DNA of 63,734 bases, counting the filler, from Choristocarpus tenellus KU-1152 (Eukaryota > Protista > Phaeophyceae), in NCBI GenBank assembly GCA_964200185.2. It is 12 parts of 12 records of this genome, joined end to end, with 100 filler letters (N's around TTAATTAATTAA, not from the genome) between each part and the next. Parts side by side here need not be neighbours in the genome. Positions count along the whole stretch, not along the records: positions 60,560 to 63,734 come from CAXNAD020021776.1; 11 more parts are not named here. The stretch is one strand, 5' to 3'. A program made the position numbers and the translations under genes. Positions within the stretch are counted from its first letter, which is position 1. Every line of letters begins with the position of its first letter. The notes under the pieces are model-generated. The model was given only the letters and a program-made list of their open reading frames with translations. It was not told the DNA's origin and ran no database searches. Of this stretch, positions 62,401-63,734 are shown piece by piece.

Positions 62401-63734
62401 CAAACTTTGCAAGATCTCGTATCTCCACTGCAGGTAATCGAGGTAGGTCTTCCATTTTTCGTTGCTTTGCCGCTTGGTGGTATTTGATTTTCTTGATTCC
62501 TTGTCTACGTCTTGTTCGTTGTGGTCACCCGGTCACTTGCTTCTTGCTCTATCACCTTTTTAACACTGTTGCTGGTGATACTCGCTTATCTGCTCCCATT
62601 TCTAGCCGTACTAAGTGCCGAGAACAGTGCTATGTTGCATTGTCCTCGACCCAAAGCCATGACATCTGTGTTAAGAAAATGCTTTTTTATTCATATGTAA
62701 AATAAGATTCTGTAGGATCAATCAGTTGTTGGACAATGGTTCGATAATGGGATAATTGATAGGAATGTTTTTGTTGAGTGATTATGAGAGAGTATTATTA
62801 GGTATATTATTGTACAAGAAGAATCCTAGAAAGGGAAGGTTATAGCAAGTAACACAAAATGAGTTACGTGTTATTAGAATATGAATGAGAAGGTGACAAG
62901 GGCTCTTTTTTGGTCTTGGGTGTTCACTCATCCTTTCACCTTCCTTACTTCATGTACAACCTGATCTACGCAATGAGGAATTAATCGAGATATTTACATA
63001 CACAAGTCTTGGGAACATCAATTTCTTTAACATCCCTATATCGATCAAGACTAGAAAAAAATCCAGAGGTACCAGCAGAGAGAACAGACACCGAAGGAGG
63101 CAGTTTCACAGGTCGAGTTCTTCAGCAGTGCTGGGATTGGTTGGTAGAGGGCGATGAGTCCTAGTATAGATGTGCCAAGGATTTTTCATAAACTTTGTCA
63201 AGTAGTGGGTAGTTTCATAATTTGAGTTCTTTCTGCTAGCTTAGTCCTGCATTTGGTTTCAAGATCAAATAGTACAGCATGTGTGAAGTTCAGTTAAAGA
63301 TTAGTGCTAGCGTTAGGATTGGTGTTTGGATGGGCTACACCCTAGATACTTTGGAGAAGAATGCCACCTTTGTTGCAGGTAATAATCTGGCGGATATCAT
63401 TCTTTGTAGAGAAAGAGGTAAGGGGTGTAAGCAGGTTTTTATCTTACCATCAGTTCTTCTTACTAGGGGTTCTTGTAGATCAGTGATTGGGAATACAATG
63501 TAGTTGGCAACAACATCAGCGCTGCGAGTCTGAGGGGGGGGCAGCTGACTGTAGAAGATGGAGGGAAGACCCATCACGACACCAAGGATATCCAGGACTG
63601 TGATACAATTGAGAATGATGATGAGAGAGATGGATATGAGGACATTGTGTACCTGACTCTGAGAGCAAGTTATGGTCTGGCTCAAAGTATCTGGGAGGGG
63701 GTGGCGGCTGTCCATTTGGGGTCAATTTTTTCAT

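Overview
Eukaryotic, intron-rich DNA, most likely an ochrophyte (brown alga or relative). This is inferred from a bipartite plastid-type presequence, TTAGGG repeats and a CRE-type retroelement remnant. The window is not one locus: it is 12 contigs joined by 11 artificial 100-bp spacers (N44-TTAATTAATTAA-N44), so adjacency across spacers means nothing. Spliced genes rebuilt by hand: a NACHT/NPHP3-like fragment (-), the PDCD2 3' end (+), an uncharacterised ~1390-aa protein with an apparent internal duplication, each half starting with a Dpy-30/RIIa-like docking motif (-), a plastid-type CPYA glutathione transferase (+), an HSPBAP1-like JmjC protein with a GC-AG intron (-), a PKDCC/VLK-like membrane-anchored kinase (+, 3' truncated), a Patched/SSD exon (-) and Rab5 (+, 5' truncated). 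Non-coding DNA is dominated by three families of short non-autonomous DNA transposons that share the terminus GRGYCAAAGTA, usually with 3-bp target duplications. A decayed PIF/Harbinger-like transposase at ~61.6-62.4 kb is a candidate mobiliser. Telomeric (TTAGGG)4 appears twice at the same position of the family A terminal repeat. All family assignments come from motif recognition; no database search was run.
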